Shown: piece by piece, positions 13,211-27,072 of the stretch | How positions within the stretch are numbered: position 1 is the stretch's first letter | How the letters are laid out: the number at the start of each line of letters is the position of its first letter | Notes under the pieces: model-generated | Told to the model about the DNA's origin: nothing | What the model saw: the letters and a program-made list of their open reading frames with translations, nothing else | Databases searched by the model: none | Program-made: the position numbers and the translations under genes | Assembly (NCBI RefSeq): GCF_964194025.1 | Contig: NC_134477.1 | Location: 53,940,001 to 54,004,000, forward strand | DNA from: Convolutriloba macropyga | Taxonomy: Eukaryota | Length of the DNA stretch: 64,000 nucleotides | Direction of reading: 5' to 3'

Positions 13211-16084
13211 TTGGTTAGTTTATTTCACACATCTTTCCATGACTTGGAGCTTTCAAAACGGGGATAAACAGGTAGAGCCCAGTGGGCTTTAGGTTTCATT
13301 AGGAGCTCTTAGTTAGATATAGTAATCCTTGAAGTGCGTAGTGGTGCAGCTCCACGATCCATGAGCTCAAGCTGGCTACTACCAAGGCCAACCGCTTGAC
13401 GGTTTTCTGTGAGCATTTCGTCTGGCGTTAGTCGATTTTTTGATGAATTAAGTTTTTTGCGTTTGTTTTCATGATCGTAGACTAATTCTTTTCAAAACAA
13501 GTACTAGATATTTAAGTCTTGCATATTTTTTTGGCTGCTTTCCTGCGCAAGATATTTAAGTCTTGCATATTTTTGTCGCTCTTACATATTTTTGTCGCTT
13601 TTCTTCTTTTCCGTTTCGTTGCATAGTCTCATAAATAACTGTTTTAACTGACCTACTAGGTAATTGTCTTCATTTATCGGCTGCAATTTTAAGTTTTTTT
13701 CATTGACTTAGTTTACAGTTATTGTTTGCAGTTTTCGGGTTCATTTTCAAATCTTGCCTTTATTTGGTGTTGTTTTTCTCTTCTTCCACCTAACTTTGAC
13801 GTGTCAATGTTTATGTAAAGCGTTGTTTGATTGTTTTATCAAACTGGGTTTTTGTAACTAAAATTTTTGGTGGTCTTTTTTGACATTTATTTTTGTTTAT
13901 TTGGGCAAATAGGATTGTTTTGCGTACTGCCATAGCTTGATGTTGCTGCAACAATTTTGATTGTCTGAACTAGTTCAGTAGTTGGGATTGTTATTGAGAA
14001 CTTGCCCTGCAAAATTTGTTCACTATTCGAGTTGAATGAGAAATCAAATCAAAGTAGTGATTTCAGTCACCCTGGTGTACTAAAGGGATCGAAAAAGCTA
14101 GTAAGTTTGAAGCGTGTTTTTTTCTTTCAAATTACTTATAAAGTGGAGTGAGATTTCTCGTTGTTCGAACACAATTTTGCTTTTCGAGTGATTTTATTTT
14201 CACATAGGACAGTTTTACTTTTGTTTTCAGTGGATTTCTCTAGTGCTTATAAAATTGTGCCCGTGTTCTAATTTATTCTCTTTGCTACAACTTGAATCAC
14301 TCAATTGGCGTGTTGTAGCTGAGCACTATTTGTCATATGATGTGAGTGAATTTGAGTATTTTCTGTTACGTCTGTTGTCTTATCAGTTAGTCTCATTAAT
14401 GACCAGTCTATTGGGTTGCTATTGGGGAGTAATTGAATCAAATTAATATTCTTAGGTCACATCTTATTGGTTTTATGACTTTAATAATCTTTGATTTCAA
14501 AGAATATCAGCTGATTTTGAGTTTTGACTGTTGTTCGTTTTATTTACTTATCAAATAGTGCCATTTAAGGTAAGGCGCAGTGGTTACTAATTGGGATAGG
14601 TGAACCTAATTAAGGTTTCAAGTTCATTTCTAGTGGAAATGTTTTTGACACTATTTGTTGTCATAGAATATTACCCATTTTTTAAGTTTCGCATGTGTTT
14701 ATTGTTTATTTCTTGTCTTAACATTTTGTCATATGTTTTATTATTTTATAACTTTATTGACCCGTCTAACTGGTTGCTAATGAAGCATCATGGAATCTTC
14801 TGCTGCAATTTTTTTTTATTGGTTCTGATGTTAGGTGTTTTTGTTAATTCGAGGCTACTAATTTATAGAGAGTTTCCGTTTTCAGTCAAATTTCTGTTTT
14901 GTCCCTTTTTACCTTGTCTCTTTTCTGTGTTTGTCCTTTTTTACTTTGTCTCGCAGTGATTTCTGAAAGCTGGTGATATGATGTACGCATGCTAAAGATT
15001 TGTATGCATTCTTTGTGTCAGTAGTATAGAGTTGTTAGTATATAGTTATATATTAGATTTTCTTTTTTGCCCATTTAGTTTTTTGTGCTCTGTCGGCAGT
15101 CAGTGTTTAGTGTTGCTGGAAAAGATTACCTTATGAGGTCGTTAGTTAGTTCCATTTTTTGAATTGTTTTTCATGACTTTTCTTGTTTTGTTTTTGACTT
15201 CGCTAGACAAAGTTTTGTTTCGCGTGAAATATTTCGGATTACTCTAGACTAGTGTTACTCTTCTCACATTCTGCTAAAATTTCTTGTAGACAGCTAGTGC
15301 TTAGCAGAGCAATCTACAATGGACGAAAACGAAATCAACAGTAGAAAGGGGATAAAACCATGAAGCCCAGTTTTAGATGACTCGCGTTTGAACTCTGCTG
15401 TAATTAGTCATAGTTAACAGGTTCAATGTTTATTGGTATGGATGCCAATCCCTGCATCCTCTCATTAGGAAACAGGAGTATGTTTCACTACAAACGTCGA
15501 TCAGAATAACCCGCACTTTAAAACAATTAGTATCATTAATTTTATTCGTTGCTTTTAATTCCAAGGCGGAATATGGGAATCAATGGCGGCTATTTTTCGG
15601 CAAATTGAGGGGTTTGTTTTGAGCTTGACAGCTATCAGCGAGTAATCTCGGTTTATCGTGACTCATTGTTGCCAAAATAATTTAAATAACAGAGATAATG
15701 GATTCAATTGCTTAGGTTCAAATCCGACGCGTTTGACCTCCTGTTGACATTTTACTTTTCCGTTTCTTTTCTGAGTTAAAAAAGTAACTCAAAATTTGTT
15801 CTCTGTTTATCCATATAACTGGGCACCTGCAGTATACAAGTGTTTTCAGACAAAGACTGAAATGGTAGTTTTTGTGGCGTTCAGGCTCGAGGAAATTTTA
15901 ATAATGCAAATTACGATAGTTAAACCATGGTTTTAACCTAAGTTTCGCTAACCTGTCAACTCATAATCTTCCTTAAGGTGCCTGAATTGACCTCATGATG
16001 AACTGAAAAGCAACACGATGGTCTATCAGCTGACTCTAAGAAAAATTGAAGAAAGTGAAAAATTGATGCATGGTATGTGTTTAG

Positions 16085-16154
16085 GTCCAACGCCAAGTAC
16101 AAGGCCATTGAGCTCTCCAAGCAGAGAATAGAGAGCGGACTAGCCGATGCACAA
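16085..16154 (+). CDS. KLC: KLC exon (heptad region): (E)SNAKYKAIELSKQRIESGLADAQ
   Basis: Acceptor gtgtttag|G and donor CAA|gtgagt, phases 2 and 0. The translation matches KLC ESNLVEEKSNMIRKSLEMLELGLSEAQ. Confidence 0.92.
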
Positions 16155-17240
16155 GTGAGTGATTTCTATTTTTATATCAAACGTTTGATCACTCAAATGG
16201 TATTATGACAAGCGATGCGAATTTTTGTTTGCCGAGCTAGTGAGTACTGTTTCGTTGATAAAGTGTACAGCCTATTAACAATCACCGCGATACAATGTAA
16301 CTACTAATGATAGTGTATGCCTTGAGCATTTTCTAGAAAGACTACTTTTTGCTACTATTTCGGAAAATAGTTTTAGAAAATAAACTTCATCCGAATATTT
16401 AATTTTCACAGCGATGTTTTTTCTTAAACACATTAAAAATATCAGATATCAAATTTGTCAAGTTGTGATAAGAATTTTTACAACTTAAATTATTGTTGCT
16501 TCAAAACTCCGTGAAATGGTGGTAGTAACATTCTCAGCAGTGTGTTTTTTATCGATTCAAATGTTCCCAATTGTTGGCTGCGAAACAGAAGAGTGACAGC
16601 GTTTAAAAGTTCTTGGAAATTTTAATTGCTTTTAGAAGAAGCGACACTTTTAATTGCTCTCAGAGAAAGTTTGTAGGAATTATAATAGTCCTGTGATCTT
16701 TTAATGTAATTTTTCGCTTGACCAGTTTTTGTCTGACCCTTTTAACTTTCCGTGCTCAAAAACGGTTTTACTGGTAAAGCTAGGAGAGCATTAATTGGCT
16801 GAGCAGCTCTCTTAGAGCCGTACGCCTTACTAGTCTCTAAGTATGCAATTCACCAAGACTGTTTTGAGGAGACAATTAAAATAAATGTGGAATTTATAAA
16901 TACTCTTCAGATTCTTGTCTACTTTTTAATAGCCGCCATGAGTCTCAACGGCTATTTTTAAGGCGCTCTCCTTATTAAAATTCAAAGAATTTGAATTGTA
17001 TTGGGGTGTGCTGTCTTTTTTAAGATCTGTTCACACATTTTCATGATTTTGGAAGTCAAATTGGAATAGGGGTTTTGGTCACGCCGAAACAGGAAGTGGA
17101 GCGAAAAAGCTCGAGTGGTTTTGAGGCGTGAAATTTTTTTGCTCTTATTTTAAAGAAGAGTGAGAAAACAGTGTTTGAACAAAAGTCCGTTTTCTTGCTA
17201 GTGGTTTTTGTGTTCACATACGGCAATTTCACTTTGATTT

Positions 17241-17772
17241 TTAATAGCCGCCCTCATCTTCTCAGCCGGCTATTATAGCGCTCCTGTTTTTTTTACTTCG
17301 TCGAATAAAAAAATGTTTCGCTTTACCTCATTTTGCCGCTTTTTCAGCATTTTGCGTGATATCTTTTTGACTTCTCTAGGCTAGTTTCTCTCTTCTCTCA
17401 TTCTGCTAAAAGTGATTTTGAACATCAGTTGCTCAGCAAAGAAATTCAAAATCTGCAGAATCAATATAAAGAATTGAAGTCAGAAATAGAAACGGGATAA
17501 ACCCATAAAGCCCAATTTTAGATGCCCGCTATTTGAACGTCGTTCCTATAAGTCTTAGTTACCATCTTTAATGCTTATTGGTATTGATAGTAGCCCCTGT
17601 AGCCTCTCTCTAAGAAACAGAAGTACGTTATGTTCAACTACGAATTGCCATCAAAATAAATCGGACTTAAAAAAGGTTTTTGTACAAAAATCTTTTTTTT
17701 CTATCTATTTCAATCCCAATCATTCTTATTGGAATCAACAGTGGCTATTTTCCGGCAATCTGCCGGGTACGT
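17241..17772 (+). mobile_element. Internally deleted HINE-like element nested inside another HINE-like copy (16926-~18065)
   Basis: The host sequence ttcactctgatttttactg (intact at about 59312-59330) is split here as ttcactttgattttt[aatagccg...tgccgggtacg]tttactg. This is an insertion into a T-run with no TSD. Confidence 0.7.
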
Positions 17773-18084
17773 TTACTGTTTTTTCGATTTCTTTGATCGG
17801 ATTTTTTTTCTAGATGGTTTTTCCAATCCATTCATAGTTCATTCTATGCCCAGTTTTTTGTTTGAACCAAATTTTCATTTCTGGCTTGTGGTTATTTTTT
17901 CAGATGCGTCATTTTGACATAGATTTTCTGGTTTTTTAAAAAAATTTTTGATCTGATCTTTATAAATGGCTTTCCCAATTCACTCATAGTCCGTTCTAGG
18001 TCTAGTTTGTTGTTTTGTCAAAGAAAATTTTTTGAATTGTACGTCAAGACTTGTGCTGCTATGTTTTGTAATTAGCTTTACCTT

Positions 18085-21000
18085 TTGATCACCTCTTTTG
18101 TTTTACATAAGTCGCGATTTCCACGCTTGACTTCTGACTTAACCTCACTAACTGTTTTAACTGAATTTTTAACTTTTTCACGCATTGAATTAGGCAATGT
18201 AGTGAATACAGTCAAAGTCAAAAGAGCAAAATCAAAGGAACGGGATAAACCAATAAAGGCTGGCCATTAAGTTTTAGTGCATTAGGTTATAAAATTCGTT
18301 AGAGCAGTTGCTAGCTGACATTTGTATTAAGCTTAGTAGCTCTCATTAGAAGCTGCATTAGGTATAGTTTCTGAATCTATTTGAAGCTGCACACCGAATA
18401 AGAAAACTTTTTTTGAAGCTGAGGAAAAGTCAACTTTATCTCTTCCAATTCTCATGTGTGTCAAGTGCGTCTAGGGTGGCTATTTTCCGGCACTCTACCG
18501 GCTATGTTTCCTTTGTTTTTTACAGGAAGTAGTTTTGTTCATTTGGCATTTTGACCTAAAAGCGAAAGTTGGATAAGCTGTCCAGTTAAACAGTTTTTTG
18601 ATTAGCGAGAGGAGTTTTTAGATCATGCGCTGCTTTCAGTGAATGCATTTTTGACTTTCAAAATTGTTTTTGAGAGGACGGCACGTTTTAAGACGTTTTT
18701 CGTCCATTTCGCTCGATTTTTTAAATGTTTTTTATACTTGTATATTGTTTTTTGTGGAAATGGTTTTTTGATTATTGCTGCACGAATATGTAACTTTCTG
18801 AAATTGATACCGCAAATTCTTGCAGAGCCTAATAATTTTTTGTCAAGTGTTTGAGTTCAAAATTGTCACATTTTGCTAATATGTGTCTGCTTTCATTTAT
18901 TTCTTCACTTTAGGATCTCTAAATGATTTATCTGAAAACTCAATGCATATGGCAATTTTTTTCCAGAATGCATCCATTGAATGCCGTTCTTTAACATTAG
19001 GTGATTTTGTCTTGTGAAATGAGGCTCATGCTACTCCGATTTTTGCAATTTTTGTTCGATTTTCTAGTTTTCATCTTGTTTTTCATTTCATTTACTCGAA
19101 AAAATCTGGGATTTTAATTTCGTGTTATCAATAATTGAGTCATTTTTTGGTGTTAAGTCTTCGAAATTCAGTAAAAACGTTTTCATATTTTCAACTTTAA
19201 GAACTGTTTTACATTTTGTTTTTAATTATTTCAAAGTTTCGATTCTTTGGAATGTTTTTACTTTTTCTATTTATACAGGATTTTGGCCTTTTAATGTTTC
19301 TAGTGCGCCACATGAGTTTGGCCGTTTAATGTTTCTAAGGCGCCAATGCGTTTGCTTTCCTACTGCAATTTTTCTTCATTTCAATTTTTATTTCAAAATT
19401 ATTTTTTTTCCAAAGTCAAGTAGTCTTGTTTCTCCTATTTATAATGGGTCCGTGTTCCCAATATTCTGGATTGCTTTACTTTCTGGTATTCTCCTAAAAC
19501 TATAGTGTTATTAGCTCTATTTTTTGGGCTGCTTCTGTCAGTTTTGTGTCGAGTTAATCTTTTTTAGCCTTTTTGTTGGATTTTTTATTTTTAAATTTTG
19601 CAATTGATTTTAATATGAGGCAGCACTGCGAAATTGCTTCAATTCTGTTATAAAATCCTGCCTGTTGTTTTTTGTATTTATTCCTGGGCCGTGCTTTTGC
19701 TTTTAAACGTTTTTTTGCCTGTGAATATTGTTCTGTTTCTTTCCAGTTATCTCTTTTCATTTTAATATTTGGAATAGTTTGAGCTCATTTGTCTATGATA
19801 TTTCCACACAATTTTGTTTTGTTTTATTCAAACAATTTTGTTTTGTTTTCTTGAGTCCTGTATTTTAGTATTATTTTCTTTTGCAAAATTCAGTTTATTT
19901 TCTAAGAATGATATTCGTTTTCTGATTTCACAATGTGTTTTGGGTCGCACAGTTGATAGCGCAGTTCTGTTATTTTAAGACTAGTGTCATGAGTTATTTC
20001 ATGTCATTTTTTAGCCCTCTAAGTTTTTGAACCTATCAGTGAGCATACTATGAATTTTGGCCGTTTTTCAATATTAACAAAAGTTTTTTGATATAAAATT
20101 TTGCTGTATTAAACTTTCAGTGAGCTTTTTTCGGTCATAGTTATGTCTTATTTTTTATGTTTTTGTCGTTTTTTGTATTGTCACAGCATTTTGTCGTTTT
20201 TCTTTTTATTTTAACTTGTTCCAATGATGCTCATTTCAAAATATTTCTCGTTAAGACAGTGGTGCAAATTTCGCCAATATATTTAAATCAGTTCTGATGA
20301 GGCAAACAATGTTTTTATTTTTTGCCTCACCAGAAGAGTGAGGCAAAAAATGTTTTTGTTTTGCCTCACCATTTTTTGACAAGAGGTAATGATTTTGGCT
20401 GCCTTAACGGTATTACTTTAGAAGTTCCGAGTCGCTTCCGGAATTTTTCAGATATTTCTGTTTTGATCACGTTTTTCGTTTTACATGAGTCACGATTTTC
20501 ACTTGTAACTGAATGGATTTCAAATTATTTCACGCATAGAAATACGCAATGTGGTGAATACTGTCAAAGTCAAAATAGCAAAATCAAAAGAAATTGAATA
20601 GACCGATCATTAAGTTATGGAGCGGTAGGTTATTAAAGTTAATTAGAGTGTTTGCTAGCTAACATACTTATTAAGCTTAATAGCTTTTAGTTTAGAAGCT
20701 GAATTAGGTATAGTTTCTAAATCTAACTGAAGCTGCACACCGAATAAGAACACTTTTTTTGAAACTAAGGAAAAGTGTAAATTTTTATCTCTTTCAATTC
20801 GGATGTGTGTCAAGCGCGTCTAGGGTGGTTATCTTCCGGCACTCTGCCGGCTATATTTCTTTGGTTTTTTTACAGGAAATAGTTTTGTTCATAAGGCATT
20901 CTGACCGAAAAGCAAAAGTTGGATAAGCTGTCCAGTTAAACAGATTTTTGATTAGCGAGAGAAGTTTTTAGATCATTCGCTGCGTTCAGTGAATGAATTT

Positions 21001-23200
21001 CTGACTTTCAAAGTTGTTTTTTTGAGAGAATGGTGCATATAGATTAACGTTTTAAGACGTTTTTCGTCCAGCTCTCTTTCTTTTTTATACTTTAAATTTT
21101 GTTTTGTGTTAAAAATAGTTTTTGATTAATGCTGCACGAATATGTAACTTTCTGAAATTGATACTGCAAATTCTTGTAGAGCATAACAATTTTTTGTCAA
21201 GTGTCATGTTTCGAAGGATCTACAATGATATGACTGTTTACCAAGGTTTCAATTGTTTTTTATTTCAATATAAGCAAGGTTTAAAAATAACATCTGATGA
21301 TATTTCCAATCAACCAAAAACCACATTTATTGCTCTAAATCATCAGAAGTTTGCGCTCAAGAAGAAATTGGCAATGAAAAATGTTTGCTTCTGTCTTGCA
21401 TGAACACAAAATAATTTTCATTTGGCTCAAAAAAGTTCTATTCCTAACAACTCTGGGCTAAGCTTGACAAAAATACAAAAAAGATTTTCGTCGGTTTGAT
21501 GAAATGGAACTCAGCCAAACATCTTTCTACCCAGCCAAATGATGTTTGTGGATTTTTTTTCTTGTTTATCAATAATCATTGTTAATGACAGAAAGTTTAA
21601 TTCTGAATTTCTTATATTGACCAGAATTAAACTTTCTGTCATTAACAATGATTATTGATAAACAAGAAAAAAAATCCAAAAACATCATTTGGCTGGGAAG
21701 AAAGATGTTTGGCTGAGGTCCATTTCATCAAACCGACCAAAATCTTTTTCGTATTTTTGTAATCAAGCTTAGCCCCAAGTTGTTAAGTGTTTGAGCTCCA
21801 AATGGTCACATGTTTTACTGTTTCTTTTTGCTAATATGTGGCTTTTTTCAATAATTTCTTCACTTTAAGATCTTTAAGTGGATTTTTCTGAAAACTCGGT
21901 GCATATATAAATTTTCTTCTGAATGCATCCATTGAATGCCGTTCTTTAACATTAGGTGATTTTGTCTTGTGAAATGAGACGTGCTACTCCGATTTTTGCA
22001 GTTTTTGTTCAAATTTTATTTTTTATCTTGTTTTTCATTTTAGTTTCGATTCTTTGGAGTTTTTAATTTTTCTATTTATACAGGATTTTGGCCTTTTGTT
22101 GTTTCTAAAGCGCCGCAGGACTTTGGCCTTTTTATGTTTCTAAGGCGCTAATGCTTTTGCTTTTCTACTGCAATTTTTGTTCACTTCAATTTTTAATTCA
22201 GTATTCTTTTTTGCAAAGTCAAGTAGTCTTCTTGTTTCTGCTTTTTAGAATGGGCCCGTGTTCCCAACATTCTAGATTGCTTTACTTTTTAGTATTCTCC
22301 TAAAAGCTATAGTGTTATTAGCTGTACTTTATGGGTTGCTTCTGTCAGTTTTGTTTTTGATTTAATCTTTTTCGCCTTTTTATTGGATTTTTTAATTTAA
22401 AATTTGCGATTTGATTTCAATATAAGACAGCACTGCAAATTTGCTTCATTTCTGTTTTAAAATCCTGACTGTTGTTTTTTGTGATTATTCCTGGGCGTCG
22501 CTTTTGCTTTTAAACGTTTTTTTGCCTATGAATATTGTTCTGTTTCTTTCCAGTTATCTGATTTCATTTTAATGTTTGCAATAGTTTGAGCTCATTTGTC
22601 TGATTTTTCCACAAGAGAACAGTATATAGTGTTTTAGGCAAACAATTTTGTTTTTTTCTTGAGTCCTGTATTTTATTATTATTTTCTTTTGCAAAATTCA
22701 GTTTATTTTCTAAGAATGATATTCGTTTTCTGATTTCACAATGTGTTTTGGGTCGCACAGTTGATAGCGCGGTTCTGTTATTTCAAATCTAGTGTCATGA
22801 GTTATTTCATGACACCTTTTATCCCTCTAAGTTTTCTGAACCTATCAGTGCGCATACTATGAATTTTGGCCGTTTTTCAATATGACCAAATTTTTTTGAT
22901 ATAAAATTTTGCTGTATCACTTACAGTGAGCTTCTTTCGGTCATAATTATGTCTTATTTTAAATTTGTGTCGTTTTTTTGTGTTTTTACAGAATTTGCTC
23001 GTGGTTTTTTTATTTTGACACTGTTCCAATGCTGCCAATTTTCAAATATTTCTTGTTATGACAGTAGTAAAACCTTTGCCAATAATTAAATCACTTCTGG
23101 TGAAGCAAAAAATTGTTTTCAGACAAGAGGTAATGATTTTTTTGCTTTAACCGTTCTACTTGTGAAGTTCCGAGTCGCTTGCGGAATTATTCAGACAATT
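18085..23200 (+). repeat. Two diverged tandem copies of a ~2.4-kb repeat unit (about 18085-20460 / 20461-23200), related to the 1.75-kb modules at 49258-54525
   Basis: Shared anchors: tttgatcac, ggataagctgtccagttaaacag (18571/20921), gggtcgcacagttgatagcgc (19941/22750) and gaagttccgagtcgctt (20421/23164). Confidence 0.85.
21445..21785. repeat. Long inverted repeat (arms of about 160 bp, 16-nt spacer)
   Basis: The arm taacaactctgggctaagcttg...gaaagtttaattctg (21445-21605) is mirrored by cagaattaaactttc...caagcttagccccaagttgtta (21622-21785) with few mismatches. Confidence 0.95.
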
Positions 23201-23206
23201 CTTATT

Positions 23207-23718
23207 TTAATAGCCGCACAGCGTTAGCTGAGGCTATTATTGGCCTTCTCTTGTTTTTTTTTCGTGTCGACCATAATAAACGTTTTGTTACGACCATATG
23301 ACGTCACAACCACTTCAAATCTGCTTTTTGTTAAATCATTCATGCAACTTTAACTAAAGTACGTTTGCGTCATTTTTTTGCTTTTATTGGAGCGAGTTTT
23401 TTGTTCATTAGCGTGATTGAATTTTTGATCACACTTGACGTACCTCACTCTCAAAAGGACCTGTCTTTGAAACTGACTTTTATTTACTTTAATTCGAAGA
23501 GATAAGGTCAAATGGGTGTGTGCCTTTCTAAATGAAGGTTATTTAAGAGCAGCTAATAGAGGCATCAAAAAACATACTGATTTTTAATCAAAATATTACA
23601 TATCAGCCTTCAATGAAAAGATGATTTTTTTGGTGTCTTTTTTACGTTTTTTTTTGTTTTGAGTCTGCAGTTCTACGAAGCTCTTGCGGCTATTTTCTGG
23701 CAATCTGCCAGCTATGTT
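23207..23718 (+). mobile_element. HINE-like element, about 0.5-kb family
   Basis: aatagccgca (23209) / tgcggctatt (23685) plus hairpin ctggca-atc-tgccag and ctatg. Homologous to 61159-61645 and to the partial copy at about 55153-55530. Confidence 0.7.
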
Positions 23719-23859
23719 GATCACGTTTTTCGTTTTACATAAACCATGATTTTTACGCTTAACTGAATAGATTTCAAATTATTTCACGCATAGAATTACG
23801 CAATGTAGTGAATACTGTTGGAGTCAAAAGAGCAAAATCGAGGCTATCAAAGTTTATTG

Positions 23860-25453
23860 GAGTGTTTGCTGGCTGACAATTATATTAAGCTTATTAGCTT
23901 TCAGCTTAGAAGCTGAATTAAGTATAGTTTAGGAATCTAACTGAAACTACGCGCCAAACTTTTTGACACTAAAAAAGTCTTTTATTTTTTCCTTTTTCTG
24001 TTTTAATCCCTATGTGCATCCAGCTCGTCAAAATCCAGCTCTTTTCCAACCATAAAAATAAATCACATGACAATTAATCTAAAAGTTACTTTCATTTTTT
24101 GTATATTAAACGCAGTATAACTTTTTGACGGTGATTTTCTTTTTTCAAACACTACCAAGCTTCTTTCCACCAATTTAATGAGAACCACAACACTTGCTGA
24201 GTTTGAACGCAAATGTTTTGATGGATTCAACCTTTCAATTTTTCACTGCTTTGTTTTATAGAAATAAAAGAAATGAGATTTACGTTTGTTTTTTAAATCA
24301 GAAGCAGCATTTGTATGGTTTTTCTCTTTAATAAAAGCTTTTGGATTTTTTTTTAATATTTCCCCCAGCTTAGTAGGTGCATATCATTTGCACCACCCAG
24401 ACGCACATGACACTTTTTTAGCTAATGATTTACTATGTAATGGGCACGTGTTTGGGAACCGCGGTAGTATAACGTACTGAGGGGAGGCAGATGGAAAGGA
24501 TCCGTTTTCTTTCTATTTTGTATAATAACTTTGACAATGAATTTGCGTCTTCTATGTTCCATCAAAACTTTTTGGCCGTAGTTCATCAAGTACTAGTATT
24601 GAAAACTTGAATTAGGGAAAATACTACTTTGTAAATGACACTGACTTTGTAAAATTTCATTAGAGTGTTTGCTGGCTGACAATGATATTAAGCTTATTAG
24701 CTTTCAGCTTAGAAGCTGAATTAAGTATAGTTTAGGAATCTAACTGAAACTACGCGCCAAACTTTTTGACACTAAAAAAGTCTTTTTATTTTTTCCTTTT
24801 TCTGTTTTAATCCCTCTATGTGCATCCAGCTCGTCAAAATCCAGCTCTTTTCAAATCATAAAAATACGTGACATGACAATTAATCTAAACGTTACTTTCA
24901 TTTTTTGTATATTAAACGCAGTATAACTTTATGACAGTGATTTTCTTTTTTCAAACACTACCAAGCTTCTTTCCAGCAATTTAATGAGAACCACAACACT
25001 TGTTGATTTTGAACGCAAATGTTTTGATGCATTCAACCTTTCAATTTTTCACTGCTTTGTTTTATAGAATAGAAATAAAAGAAATGAGATTTACGTTTGT
25101 TTATTTAAATCAGAAGCAGCATTTGTATGGTTTTTCTCTTTAATAAAAGCTTTTGGATTGTTTTAATTGTTCCCCCAGCTTAGTAGGTGCATATCATGTG
25201 CACCACCCAGACGCACTTGACACTTTTTTTGCTAATGATTTACTATGTAATGGGCACGTGTTTGGGAACCGCGGGAGCATAACGTACTGAGGGGAGGCAG
25301 ATGGAAAGGATCCGTTATTTCTATTTTGTATAACAACTTTGACAGTGAGTTTGCGTCTTCTATGTTCCATCAAAACTTTTTGGCCGTAGTTCATCAAGTA
25401 CTAGTATTGAAAACTTGAATTAAGGAAAATACTATTTTGTAAAAGACACTGAC
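23860..25453. repeat. Tandem duplication, ~803-bp unit, two copies
   Basis: gagtgtttgctggctgacaat at 23860 and 24663. Both copies end gacactgac (about 24645 and 25453). Confidence 0.92.
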
Positions 25454-26441
25454 AACCTTTAGGTTTGAGTAGCATAAATTCTTAGTTCTTTACTTTGATA
25501 ATTTAAGTTCCCAGTACTTTTGTACATAATTGCTCGGATAAGTTTGACAAGACAACAAATAACCTTATTCGTAATTAGATTTGTTAAAAGGCTAAAACTT
25601 TCGGAGCTTTCGAAAATTGTCCGTATTCTTAGTTTACCTGTTTTCCCATTCGTTTACCAATTCGTTACATTTTTTTAAATTGAGTTTCATTGAATGTGAC
25701 TGGTTGATTGAAAAGATTTCGAAAATGCTTATACTCTTCTCTTTTTCTCCACTTGTCTTTTACGACTGATTAAGTGCTATGGTAAGAAATTTGAAGGATT
25801 TTTTTGGTCGCAGACGTCTTGTATGAAATTTTGCCTAACTTTTTCTCGCTTTTCGAGTGATTTTTTATCTCATCGAATTTTGTTTTTACATGATCTAAAA
25901 TGCCTTACCATTCACAAAGTTCAGCAGTTCAGATCAAATAGTGGCAATTTACTACTAGAAGTCAATTGAAAAGTATGTCATAATTGGTTCATATTCTCGT
26001 CTGATGAAGTCTCGAAGACTTCTGCAACTAAAAAATTCCTTCAAATTTCTTACCACAGCACTTAATCAGTCGTAATAGAGAAAAACAATGGAGAAAAAGA
26101 CGATAGTACAGGCATTTTTGAAATCTTAAAATGGCCTTAATAAGCTCTAATAACATAACATAACATCATTTGAAGTTGCTTTGTAAACATATTGCCCGGC
26201 TAACCCCACCCACCCTCACTTACATGGAAACAGGCTACAATAGAATCGATTCCCCATGACCCCCCACCGCACACTACCGGTCCTCATTGTCGATTAGCCA
26301 ACTCCCACAAAATACTGTCCTCGTTGTAGTATATTTGCAATAATGGGGGGGGGGGGGGAGCTATTCGTTATATACCCAATCAGCTTGAAGGAAGGAATGG
26401 CAGAGAAGCCAATTACAACCTGCTTATTTTTGTTGATTTAG

Positions 26442-26687
26442 TTCATGATCCAAGCCAATGCCTACATCAAACAGTTAGAATCAGAGAGACGTCTCTTACA
26501 AGCCCAAGTGAAGAGACTTATCCAAGAGAACTCCTGGCTCAGGGAAGAGTTGAACGCAGCCCACCAGAAATCACAAGAGAATGACCAGGCAATCGCAGCT
26601 TTAGAAGTTGAGAAAAAACACCTCGAGTTTTTGAACTCACTCAAAAAATTTGAAACTCAAGATGCGACGGATGAATCGATTAAAAAT
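26442..26687 (+). CDS. KLC: KLC exon (heavy-chain-binding heptad repeats): FMIQANAYIKQLESERRLLQAQVKRLIQENSWLREEL...EVEKKHLEFLNSLKKFETQDATDESIKN
   Basis: Acceptor tgatttag|TTC and donor AAT|gtaagt, 246 nt, phases 0 and 0. Strong similarity to KLC [26 protein letters not shown]...EEEKKHLEFMNQLKKY. Confidence 0.96.
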
Positions 26688-27072
26688 GTAAGTTTATCCC
26701 GCCCCAACATTCTTTCGAACCCTAAATTTGCTTTGAACGATCTTAAGACCATACTTGGTCTTGAGTGTGTTGAATTAGCTTTCCTTGTTTTCGCATAACG
26801 AATTTTTTCTGAGTTCTCTACCATCGTATCTTGATACAGTACAAATTATGTTCGGTAAATTTTTCAATTTTCTCTTAACTATCGGAAGCCTTAACTTATT
26901 GCTTTTGGGTTTTTCCCATTATTCGCCCCCTTTATGGTATGTTGAGGGGGTCTATACGTTATATGACCACTGAGGGGGTATATCAGTTGGAATATATCAG
27001 TTTCTTTTCGGTTACTTCTCTGGTTTCCAGCTGAAAAACTAAACTTCTAAATTGCGTTCGCTAAATATAAAG

